A stretch of DNA of 64,000 nucleotides, from positions 283,464,001 through 283,528,000 of the forward strand of contig OZ024743.1 in NCBI GenBank assembly GCA_964016885.1, read 5' to 3'. Shown here one piece after another: positions 51,041 through 63,600 of this stretch. The notes under the pieces are model-generated. The model ran no database searches. It was not told where the DNA came from and saw only the letters and a program-made list of their open reading frames with translations. This DNA is from Eledone cirrhosa (lineage: Eukaryota). The position numbers and the translations under genes were made by a program. Positions within the stretch are counted from its first letter, which is position 1, and the number at the start of each line of letters is the position of its first letter.

Positions 51041-51065
51041 AATCGCTGCTTTCACCCTGCAGCGA

Positions 51066-51107
<42 letters not shown>

Positions 51108-51143
51108 AATCGCTGCTTTCACTCTTAACGGTTCTTATATATT

Positions 51144-51172
<29 letters not shown>
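50933..51172. repeat. Nested palindromes built from a ~40-bp unique segment and (TA)n
   Basis: tcaaatatataagaaccgttaagggtgaaagcagcgattc, then partial and full reverse complements separated by TA runs. Confidence 0.9.
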
Positions 51173-51178
<6 letters not shown>

Positions 51179-51492
51179 CAATATCGGAGAAAGCTTTTTA
51201 GCGATACTCCGGCCAAATTCCAACTCACTCAACAAACATTGGGAAATAAGTGATGATATTCCCAATTATGTGTTCGGGGTGCTAACTAAAAGTATTGCGT
51301 GGAAAATTGGCTGTATTATTTCAAATGAGACATATCTAATATGATATATATATATATATATATATAATAATTGTGGTTGAATTTATATCTTTATTTATAT
51401 ATATATATATTAATATATATATATATATATATATATATGTAAAGTTATATTTAAAATTGTTGGGTTACAACTAGTAAATATATATATATATA

Positions 51493-51703
51493 TAGGAACA
51501 AGTAAGACCCCGACGGCTGAGCTCAAGCCGTTTCGACGGCTAATTCTGTACTCTACGGCTAATTGAGTACAGAATTAGCCATCGAAACGGCTTGAGCTCA
51601 GCCGTCGGGGTCTTACTTGTTCCTATTACCCACTCTACCACCCTAAGTATTGAGTACTTTGGTGCGTTATGGTCCACCTGGTTCCTTACCACATTTCCTT
51701 CGT
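51493..51703 (+). mobile_element. PLE pLTR end with 133-bp fold-back hairpin (3' half of a hammerhead)
   Basis: Palindrome 51493-51625 containing GAAACGGCT tgagctc AGCCGTC GGGGTC; identical copies at 55539-55671 and 57825-57957 in the opposite orientation. Confidence 0.8.
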
Positions 51704-51816
51704 TATATATATATATATATATATATTTATATACGTTATTCCGGGTTGAATCGGAGGTAACCACAGTAAGTAAGGTACTCAATACATAGCAGAGTATAAA
51801 AGTTTTAATATAGATG

Positions 51817-51867
51817 AGATTCTACAGGACTAGAACTGTTTCATTCTTTAGAAATCATCAGGAATCT
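51817..51867 (-). ncRNA. Type I hammerhead ribozyme in a PLE pLTR
   Basis: AGATTC-CTGATGA-T TTC taaa GAA T-GAA-ACAG ttctagtc CTGT-A-GAATCT; followed on the minus strand by tattgagtacc and a (TA)n junction. Confidence 0.72.
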
Positions 51868-52454
51868 GGGTATCAAAAAATAAAAATGGTATTTATAGGT
51901 CTCTACAAGTTGTAGGAGAGGGTGGGGAGTGGGATGGCTGTAGGTCATTGGTTGATAGAAAAGGGAATTCATTAAAAGCTAATTCTACAAAGCTATAGTT
52001 TATTTTTATTTATATTTATCTATGTTTTTAGAGTAACAAGGGCAGACAGAATTCTATAAACAGGTTCCGGATGGCATACCATTCCTTGTCATTAAGTTTC
52101 TCTTAAGCTAACAGATGTCTATAAGATCAGTGGGGGGTCAGTCATGGTCGATAGAATTAAAGAAAAGGGAGATTCTTTAAAAGCTAAAATCATTAAGGTT
52201 CTACTAAGTGACAAAGGTTTAGAGAATTCTGTAGACAGATTCAAAATACTGAGTGCATATCTTACAATTATCTTCGAACTTCTCTTAAACTAATCAACTA
52301 TATGCCAAAAATCAACAGACACATTCACAAAAAAAAAAAAACATACTCACTCACACACTCACGCGCAACCATAAACACACATACACATACACATATACAC
52401 ACATAAAAACACACACACATATATATAAATATATTTATATACATACACATACAT

Positions 52455-52497
<43 letters not shown>

Positions 52498-52654
52498 TAC
52501 ATATACATACACACACACATACATATATATATACACACACACACACACATATATACACATATAAATACACTCACACACATACATACAAACACAAAAATAC
52601 ATGTGTATACATATACACACAAATACACATAGATATATATACACATATATACAG

Positions 52655-52700
<46 letters not shown>

Positions 52701-52996
52701 AATGCTGACAATAGAAAATGCTGACAAATTGTTCACAGTTGAAAAATGGTTTAATTAGGAATAAAAGAGTATTAGTGATTGTATGGGTTAGTATTCAGTT
52801 GTGGTTTTAAGTTTTTAAGTTTTTACCGGTTGCGCATTTCTAAATGCTTTTCAAAAATAATTTTGAGATAGAGTGTCCGTGCTGTATATATATATATATA
52901 TACATATATACACATACATATATATATATATATATATAAAAAACACATACACACACATATATATACATATACACACACACACACAAACACACACAG

Positions 52997-53081
<85 letters not shown>

Positions 53082-53201
53082 TATACATAAACAAATATAT
53101 ACATATACATACACACACACACAAATACATACACATATATATATATATACACATATATACACACACACAAGCACATACACATATATATAAGGAAAAAGCA
53201 C

Positions 53202-53281
<80 letters not shown>

Positions 53282-53323
53282 TACACCATTCATACATATA
53301 TTCATATATATATACATACACAC

Positions 53324-53366
<43 letters not shown>

Positions 53367-53387
53367 CAAATACATATATATACATAT

Positions 53388-53458
<71 letters not shown>

Positions 53459-53590
53459 TATACATACACATATACATATATATATACATATATACACATA
53501 TATATACATACATATACACACACATATATACACACACACACATATACACATATATATATACACACACACACACACATACACATGCATATG

Positions 53591-53667
<77 letters not shown>

Positions 53668-53752
53668 ATATATATACAAATATACACATACATACACAGA
53701 CCTATACATAAATATACACATATATACAGACATATAACGCATATATACACAC

Positions 53753-53783
<31 letters not shown>

Positions 53784-53954
53784 CACGCATACACACATAC
53801 ACACACACACACACAGATATATATACACACTCTCTCTCACGCACACATATATATATATATATACACATATATATACATATATATATACACATATATATAT
53901 ATACATATATATATATACATATACACACATATATATACACACCTGCCCACACAC

Positions 53955-53985
<31 letters not shown>

Positions 53986-54006
53986 TACACACATACACAC
54001 ACACAC

Positions 54007-54041
<35 letters not shown>

Positions 54042-54088
54042 CAAATATATATATATATATATATATACATATACACACATACATATAC

Positions 54089-54121
<33 letters not shown>

Positions 54122-54484
54122 CATACATACACATATATACACATATATATATATATATACATATATATATACACATATATATACATATATACATACACAT
54201 ACATACATAAATATACACACATAAAACACATATACACACAAACATATATATATATATATACACATACACATACATATACACACATACAAACAAATAAACA
54301 CATACAAATAAATAAGTACTCAATAAATATACGCATATACGCAGGCACATAAAAACACCTCTACAGGCAGAAAATGTAGATACGAAAGAGGTACTCACAT
54401 AACCATAGTGGCCGTATTTCAGGTTGAGGAGGGGTGGGGGTAGGGTGGGGAGGAGGTATAGGGGCCAATAGGGGGAGGTCGTTT

Positions 54485-55505
54485 TTAGCCATCGGGCTTT
54501 AACACTGGCTTAAAGTGTTTGAAAGTTGCAAAGTTCTTGTGCATGCAGTTCGGGCAGTGTTCAGAGAGTTTGTTCAGTAGCGGGCCCTTGGCGAATAAAA
54601 TTTTGTAGCTCTCTGAAATACAAAGGTTGCAGCCCTTGTGTCCTCCGTTGTAAGAGCGCGCTTTCTGGAGTATTTTCTATTTAAGCGTGAAGGGGGTGGA
54701 GTTCCTTTTGAGGTCCCAAACGTAGGAGGCGAGTGTTGTCTGATTTGATTTATCCGGTCTTCTGAAGGAGTGGGTATGGGCATACCAACGGGTCTTAAAG
54801 TTGTTGGAGGTCATGCCGATGTAAGTTTTTTTGCAATCCTCGGTGCCTGAGATGACATCGCATTTGTATACGATATCATTTGTGAGGCATTTGTTTTCAA
54901 GTGGGCATGCTTCCTTATTTAGGCAATTACATAGAGCCCCAGTCCGGGGATTGGTTTCGGAGGTGGTTGGCTTATTTAATTTTTTAGAATTGTGGTTGGC
55001 TATATTCCTAGCTAGGAGTAAGACAGTCTTATTGTGTTCTTATTAAAGATGGTATGGTACCTATGTTGTATGGGGAAGTGTAATTTCAGTAAAGTGAAGA
55101 AAATCCTAGCTATCGGAGTAGATACCTCTCTATTGAAGGGAGGGTTGTACCAGCTAATCTGCCTATGTCTATTCCTCCTCTGCAATCTTGCGGTGGTTTC
55201 TAGGTAAGTTATCTTATCTTTAAATCCGCTACGGGCGAGGGCGTCATTGTAGTAGGAGGCAGATGCATTAAAAATATCTTTGTTGGCGGAGAGGCCAGAT
55301 ATTCTAATAGAGACGCTTTTTACTAGGTTATCAGTGATGTTTTGGGGGTGGTTTGAATTAACATTAATATATTTAAGGGACTCGTTAGGTTTGTGGTACG
55401 GGTAATAGAGGGAAGTATCTAGGTCGAGAGTGACATCTAAGAAGTTGGCCCTAGTCAAATTAGAATCTATAGTTATACTAAATCCTAGATTAGAGAAGAA
55501 AGAAA
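54485..55505 (-). pseudogene. Naiad-like Penelope element fragment: RT C-terminus + Cys-rich linker + GIY-YIG
   Basis: NFLDVTLDL..YHKPN..SNHP..WYNPPF..IFNKNTIRLSYS, frameshift, then CNCLNKEACPLENKCLTNDIVYKC..TYIGMT..FKTRW..H..SF..(TAG for Trp)..CNLCISE..LLNK..CMHK. Confidence 0.88.
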
Positions 55506-55667
55506 AGTACTCAATACTTAGGGTGGTAGAGTGGGTAATAGGAACAAGTAAGACCCCGACGGCTGAGCTCAAGCCGTTTCGATGGCTAATTCTGTACTCA
55601 ATTAGCCGTAGAGTACAGAATTAGCCGTCGAAACGGCTTGAGCTCAGCCGTCGGGGTCTTACTTGTT

Positions 55668-55743
<76 letters not shown>

Positions 55744-55875
55744 TATACATACACATATACATATATATATACATATATACACATATATATACATACATAT
55801 ACACACACATATATACACACACACACATATACACATATATATATACACACACACACACACATACACATGCATATG

Positions 55876-55954
<79 letters not shown>

Positions 55955-56039
55955 ATATATATACAAATATACACATACATACACAGACCTATACATAAAT
56001 ATACACATATATACAGACATATAACGCATATATACACAC

Positions 56040-56070
<31 letters not shown>

Positions 56071-56241
56071 CACGCATACACACATACACACACACACACA
56101 CAGATATATATACACACTCTCTCTCACGCACACATATATATATATATATACACATATATATACATATATATATACACATATATATATATACATATATATA
56201 TATACATATACACACATATATATACACACCTGCCCACACAC

Positions 56242-56272
<31 letters not shown>

Positions 56273-56293
56273 TACACACATACACACACACAC

Positions 56294-56328
<35 letters not shown>

Positions 56329-56375
56329 CAAATATATATATATATATATATATACATATACACACATACATATAC

Positions 56376-56408
<33 letters not shown>

Positions 56409-56770
56409 CATACATACACATATATACACATATATATATATATATACATATATATATACACATATATATACATATATACATACACATACATACATAATAT
56501 ACACACATAAAACACATATACACACAAACATATATATATATATATACACATACACATACATATACACACATACAAACAAATAAACACATACAAATAAATA
56601 AGTACTCAATAAATATACGCATATACGCAGGCACATAAAAACACCTCTACAGGCAGAAAATGTAGATACGAAAGAGGTACTCACATAACCATAGTGGCCG
56701 TATTTCAGGTTGAGGAGGGGTGGGGGTAGGGTGGGGAGGAGGTATAGGGGCCAATAGGGGGAGGTCGTTT

Positions 56771-57791
56771 TTAGCCATCGGGCTTTAACACTGGCTTAAA
56801 GTGTTTGAAAGTTGCAAAGTTCTTGTGCATGCAGTTCGGGCAGTGTTCAGAGAGTTTGTTCAGTAGCGGGCCCTTGGCGAATAAAATTTTGTAGCTCTCT
56901 GAAATACAAAGGTTGCAGCCCTTGTGTCCTCCGTTGTAAGAGCGCGCTTTCTGGAGTATTTTCTATTTAAGCGTGAAGGGGGTGGAGTTCCTTTTGAGGT
57001 CCCAAACGTAGGAGGCGAGTGTTGTCTGATTTGATTTATCCGGTCTTCTGAAGGAGTGGGTATGGGCATACCAACGGGTCTTAAAGTTGTTGGAGGTCAT
57101 GCCGATGTAAGTTTTTTTGCAATCCTCGGTGCCTGAGATGACATCGCATTTGTATACGATATCATTTGTGAGGCATTTGTTTTCAAGTGGGCATGCTTCC
57201 TTATTTAGGCAATTACATAGAGCCCCAGTCCGGGGATTGGTTTCGGAGGTGGTTGGCTTATTTAATTTTTTAGAATTGTGGTTGGCTATATTCCTAGCTA
57301 GGAGTAAGACAGTCTTATTGTGTTCTTATTAAAGATGGTATGGTACCTATGTTGTATGGGGAAGTGTAATTTCAGTAAAGTGAAGAAAATCCTAGCTATC
57401 GGAGTAGATACCTCTCTATTGAAGGGAGGGTTGTACCAGCTAATCTGCCTATGTCTATTCCTCCTCTGCAATCTTGCGGTGGTTTCTAGGTAAGTTATCT
57501 TATCTTTAAATCCGCTACGGGCGAGGGCGTCATTGTAGTAGGAGGCAGATGCATTAAAAATATCTTTGTTGGCGGAGAGGCCAGATATTCTAATAGAGAC
57601 GCTTTTTACTAGGTTATCAGTGATGTTTTGGGGGTGGTTTGAATTAACATTAATATATTTAAGGGACTCGTTAGGTTTGTGGTACGGGTAATAGAGGGAA
57701 GTATCTAGGTCGAGAGTGACATCTAAGAAGTTGGCCCTAGTCAAATTAGAATCTATAGTTATACTAAATCCTAGATTAGAGAAGAAAGAAA
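56771..57791 (-). pseudogene. Second copy of the Naiad-like fragment
   Basis: Same sequence, including the frameshift and TAG. Confidence 0.88.
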
Positions 57792-57953
57792 AGTACTCAA
57801 TACTTAGGGTGGTAGAGTGGGTAATAGGAACAAGTAAGACCCCGACGGCTGAGCTCAAGCCGTTTCGATGGCTAATTCTGTACTCAATTAGCCGTAGAGT
57901 ACAGAATTAGCCGTCGAAACGGCTTGAGCTCAGCCGTCGGGGTCTTACTTGTT

Positions 57954-58022
<69 letters not shown>

Positions 58023-58877
58023 GTATATAATAATTCTGGTTGAATTTATATCTTTATTTCACTTTAGCAAAAAGGAAAAAAATAGGATTACTTTTGAATC
58101 GTAAGTATAAAGTTTGATTCACAAATGAATATAGTGTTTAACAAGGCTTCTGTGTTGGGCAGGGGTCTCTGTTTACCATGCAATGTTCTCTTTAAAAAGT
58201 GACAAGTTGTAGCCAGACAGTATGTACCAACAGAGATAGTAGTAAATGTTATTATGGTGAGGTTGTATTGTACAATCGCAGTGACAGAAGAGGCAGATGA
58301 CTCAGATTTGTTGAAGTGACAATGGAAGAAGTGCTGTCGGGCCCTTGTCAAGAGCACCAGAATGTTTTGCTAAGTGCTACATCTCTCTACTTGCTAGAAC
58401 AACACCTGTGATGTCTCCTTTTTGAGAGACAAGAGCAGAATGTGTGTAGAAGCTAATTCATTAATCTCTGATAAACTGCAAATGACTCCCTTCTCCAGAC
58501 CAGGAGACTCCAGATTTTGAAACAAAAGAAAATGAGCAACGTGTTGTCCAGAGATCAGCATATGCGGTTACACTGATCAGAACAAGAGTTTAAATTACTG
58601 CTACATATATAGGGAGAGAGAAAAAGAAAAATGCAAAGTTCAATGTAGATGTTAAAAAGTTCTTTATTAACAGAGCTGTGATACATATTTTAATGATGAT
58701 CGGGGCTATGTGATTTTTCAATCATGCACAATATAATCAGACATCATCTTTCCAAGGCAATCCAATCTAAAGACAAGGGAACAGACAGAAATTATGTTTT
58801 CATTGCTGAAGTTTGACTATAGTAAATAATTTAGCATGCAGGTACAAGTACACCAAAACTCCATATTTAGCTCACTT

Positions 58878-60180
58878 CAGTTTATTATTGCCCTGCAGGC
58901 TATAACAGAGGAGTTTAATACTGGTGCCCATGGGAACTTCTGTATGCAGATGATCTAACCCTTATAGCTATGGCAGATCTAGAGAAGAAATTCCAAATCT
59001 GGAAGCAAGGCCTAGAATCTAATGATTTTAAAGTCAACTTGGTAAAGACCAAAGTCCTAAAAAGGGTAACAGAGACCAGATTCCCTCAGGGAAATGGCCT
59101 TGCTCAGTGTGCAGGAAAGTAGGTAGAAATTCCATCCTATGCCCCAAATACAAACTATGGAAACACAAGAGATGTAGTGGGATCTCAGACAAGCTAGTAA
59201 AGAATGCAGGTTTTATATGTGAATGATGCACAGGTGCAGTAAGTAGCTGGAGCCCACAGGATACTAGCTCCTTTAAATGTCCAGAGGTATCAGTAAAAGT
59301 AGTTGATAGTTTCTGTTACCTGGGTGACAAAATTAGCTGTGAACGAGGTTGTTCTGAAATTACTCTAGCCAGAGGGAGAATGGAATGGAGAAAGTTCAGG
59401 GAGCTACTACTGCTACTAAATACAAAAGGTTTTTCCCTCAAAATGAAGAGCAGATTGTATGATGGGTGTATATGAAAAACAATATTGCATGGTAGTAAGA
59501 GCTGGGTGCTGTGTGCAGAGGACCTGCACAGATTGGAAAGAAATGAAACCGGCAAAGCATAAATGAATTGAGAGAGAAAGTGGGCATAAGAGGTGATAAA
59601 AGCTGACCTTGCACAATTGTACATCTCGAAGGTGATGTCACTGGATTAAGATCTCTGGCATAATGCAGTAATACAGAAGATCCACCTTCCCATGTGCATG
59701 GGTTGAAACATACATCTTGTATGCACTACCTTCTCCTCTCCCTTCCATACACTCCTACATCCTAACCCCCTCTTTTCATCCACATCCCTCCATCCCCTTG
59801 CACCTCCTACCTAACACTCCACATATGTCCTAACACCTCACCCTTCATCCACATCTCTACACCTCCATCCTTCTCCAGATAAGTGCCCCACCCGAGATCT
59901 ACCTCACCAATTCCCATGTACCTCCACCACCCCAGCCCTCAGTCCACACTGTAAAGAGGTTGTTTTGATGCCAGAACAGAAAGCACCCAGTCTACCCTGT
60001 AAATGTGGTTGGCATTAGGAAGGGCATCCAACCGTAAAAACCAAACCCAAAACAGTTCTGTATGAGCAAGACATCTGATCTGGCCTGCCTAACAGCAGGA
60101 CAACTCATCTAACCCATCCTAACTTGGAAAAATGGACATTAAATGGTGATGATGATGATGATGATGATGATGTTGATGAT
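58878..60180 (+). mobile_element. Old degenerate RTE copy
   Basis: IALQAITEEF..PWELLYADDL..GKWPCSVC.. with many indels; (GAT)n tail. Confidence 0.88.
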
Positions 60181-60651
60181 ACACACACACACACACACAC
60201 ACAATGGGTTTCTGCACAGTTTTGACGTCAGGGGGGGAATCTGGCCATATAACTCTTAAAACACTGCCTCAAAACGTCTTGTCCAGCCCATACCAGAATG
60301 AAAAGTTAGACATAAAATGATGATGATGATATATTTTGTATGTTTTATATATATCATCATCATCACTGCTTTACGTCCACTTTTCCACACTGGCATGTGT
60401 TAGATGAGTTGTCTTGTTGTGGGCAATGCCAGGTCAGGTGACTATGCTTTGCTCATCAGCTGGATGCCCTTCCTAGCACCAACCCCATTTACAGTGAGTA
60501 CTGGGTGCTTTTTACCGTGACACTTAAATGACTACTTACAGTGTGGTCTGGGTGCTTTTTGTCGTGACACCTACACAACCACTTTATATATATATATATG
60601 TATATATATAGCCTTTTTCAAATGACTTCTTCATCATCATCATCATCATCA

Positions 60652-63600
60652 TAATAATAATAATAATAATAATGCTTTCTTTATTAACCACAAGGGTTTA
60701 CATAAAGTAGACATTAAGGACAGTACAGGACAATACAGGACGGTACAAATGGGCATTTCTGCGTGTAAAAAAAACAGCGGATGTAATAAAAATAACAATG
60801 AAAAATTCCCCAATAGGGGGGGAGACTTCCGAAGGACATTTGTGGAGAAAGCCCATTAAAAGGCCACAGTGACCCTGACCACCAGTTTTCCACCTTTAAT
60901 TTAAAGACACATACTCAGAGTAGGCCCATTCACTCGGGCCATACTTGTTTCTCTCACCCATCTTTCAACAAAATGCTGGGAAGAGAGCACTTCCCTCTCT
61001 ACCCTGATTTTCCTTTTCAAATGAAATTTGAAAAAGTTAATCAGGGTATCACCGAAGAGGTAAGTGCTCATCTTCTGCCCTTTCAAACGTGTCCACCATA
61101 CTATCTCTTTCGCCATGGCCACCAGACAGATAAAAACTGCCTGCCCTTCCCGGCTAAAGGAAGAGGGCGGGGCAATCCTCACGATGGACTCAGCTGATAG
61201 CTGGATCCGTCCTACACGTGACAGCAGGTGTTCAACATAAACCCATAAGTCAGCAATGCTCGGACACTGGATGAGTGCGTGCAGGACGGTTTCGTCGCCC
61301 TGCGCACATCTCGGACATGCCCGGCTGACGGCACCTCCATGCCTGTAGAGTTTATCCCGAACTGGCAAAGCTCCTCGGTAGCACTGCCAGGCCATGGATT
61401 TCTGGAAGTTGTCCATAGGCCCCGGCCCAAAAGTCCTTCTGAAGAGATTGGCTAGTTGATTTTCGTCGACGCCTAGAGTTTCTCCAAGTACATCGTCGCT
61501 CTTCCCCTCCACTAATACTCTATAGAACACCAAGGTGGAGTTTCCACTGATCACATAGCCCGATTGGTCGAGGGCTGTGAGCGCCTGAAGACATTCCAGT
61601 CTCCAAGCGCTCCCTCTCGATCTTCGCTTGACCCAGGACTGCAGCTTCGACAAGGAGACGAGTTGGGGAGAGACGCGTCTAGCAAACGGCGACCACACCT
61701 GATCACCGTCGAGGAAGAGGTGGAGATGTCGTAAACTGAGCGCGTCTCTGTGCATCATCAGCCACGGCATGCCCAGCCCTCCACGTAGCGGGTGTTGACA
61801 GCAAATGGACCGCCTGACCATCGGAGTGCGTCCCTTCCTCAAAAAGCGAAAGAGCAAATGCTCCAGCACAGTCAGGTGGGGCTTAGGACAAGGTACGACG
61901 GTCAGGCGGTAGTAGATGACGGATGCGATGTACGCGTTAGCACCTCCGCTCGACCTTTCAGGGATAGCTTCCTCTCCGCCCATTTCTGGGTGAGAGAAGC
62001 CACCCTGCTCGTCACCTCGTCCTAGTTTTTGTCTGTCTGTAGGTCCGGACCGAACCAGACCCCTAGCAATTTAACCGGTCCGTCCGTCCAGCGCCCAACG
62101 ACGCTGTTGGACGGCATGGACCTGCCTCTCCAGGTGCCAAGCTGCAGGCCCACTGACCTTTCCTGGTTGATCATTGCTCCTCTCACTGCTTCGTATTCTC
62201 TTACTGTAGTGCCGATCGCCTCGATGTGTTTGGCGTTCGACACCACTATGGTGACATTGTCAGCATATGCTGACACGGATCTTCCGCATCCTAGTTCGCG
62301 CGGGACCCCCCTCAACGTCTCCAGTTTGTGCAGTAATGGCTCGAAGAGGGACGAGAGGGGACATCCTTGGCGGACTGAGAGCATGACGTTGAACGGTTCC
62401 GAAAGGTGACCATTCACTCTCACCACAGAGCATATGTCGCTGTGCAAGGCAGCGATCCAGCCTCTGAAGACGGGCCCAAAGCCAGCCGCCCTCAGGACTG
62501 CCGCTAGGTAACGATGGTCGACCCTATCGAAAGCTTTCGACTGATCTAAATTGATCAAGGACCCACCCGTGCCAGGTTCCCTAGCTACCCTCTCTACGAT
62601 TTATCGCATGAGGTGGAGGTTGTCGTGGATGGATCTGTTGGGAATGGCGCACGTCTGCACCTCTCCCACCAGACCACCAACGACAAGTGCCAACCTCTTT
62701 GCTAGCACCTTGGCCAAAATCTTGAACTCTGTGTGTAGCAGAGTTATGGGCCTGAAATTATCTGTTATCCCCCTTGTTCGGATCCTTTCTCATCAGCGCC
62801 TCAGCTCCTCAGCTCACAGTGCTGGGAATTCTCCCGTTCTGTTGCCAGTTGCAGTAGACGTCCGCCAAGAGACATCCGACCAAGTCTGGCATCTGTACGT
62901 AAAGTTCATAGGGCAGACCATCCAAACCAGGCAATTTACCCCTTGTGCAGCCAGTCATTGCCTCCCGTACTTCAGCGGCTGTTATCGGCTTTTCTTAACA
63001 CTCCGCCTCAGTGGCCGAGAGCCGCGGCAATCCGTCGAGGTAGACGCTAAAGTCCATCCCTCGATCCGGTCCGCCACTGCCCCCGAACAGCTGTGTGAAG
63101 TGTCGCTGAAAAGCTTCACACATTTGCCCGGGATCGAGTAGCATGCGCCTGTCGTGGTCCACCAAAGACCGGATCGTGGCTTTGTTGTCACGACGCGCCT
63201 CCGCCACTCGGGCCCATTGAACAGCTTTCGTCCCCTCATGTCTGACAACGCAGCCTTCGTGCTTTGCATTGAAGAATTGGTCAAGGGCCAATTTCGCCGC
63301 AAGTACGTCGGTCACGATGCCTTTGCTAAGCGCCTCATCTAATTTTCTAACTAATTCTCCCTCTGCTCTATTTTACTCTAGTGCTAAAGCCTTACTAAAC
63401 CTAATGGACTCTATTCTAATCGCTCTTTTCAGAGCAAACCACCACTTGTTGTTGACGATGGCCCCCATCAACGCCCGCTTAACTAGTTCGCTAATCCAGT
63501 CTCTGTAGGCCTTGTGCACTGGTAAGGACGCGTTTAGCTTCCAGTAGCCGGGTGCTCGTCTATGAAGCCTATCTAAGTCAAGCACACAGATCACGAATTT

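Larger units (their letters stand above)
53403..57957. repeat. Near-identical tandem duplication, 2286-bp period
   Basis: ORF pairs offset by 2286 (55012/57298, 54574/56860); even the ~1-kb complex microsatellite is copied. Confidence 0.92.

Noticed and set aside
54485-55011. Possible selenocysteine-encoding Naiad
   Set aside because: Manual translation shows the Cys codons here are TGT/TGC; the only internal stop is TAG at a Trp position
52325-56684. Long Y/I/C/V/M ORFs up to 515 aa
   Set aside because: Translations of TA/CA dinucleotide tracts; the same applies to similar ORFs throughout the window
58325-58360. TTGACAA-GGGCCC-GACA hammerhead-like motif on the minus strand
   Set aside because: GAAA is broken and there is no stem I pairing
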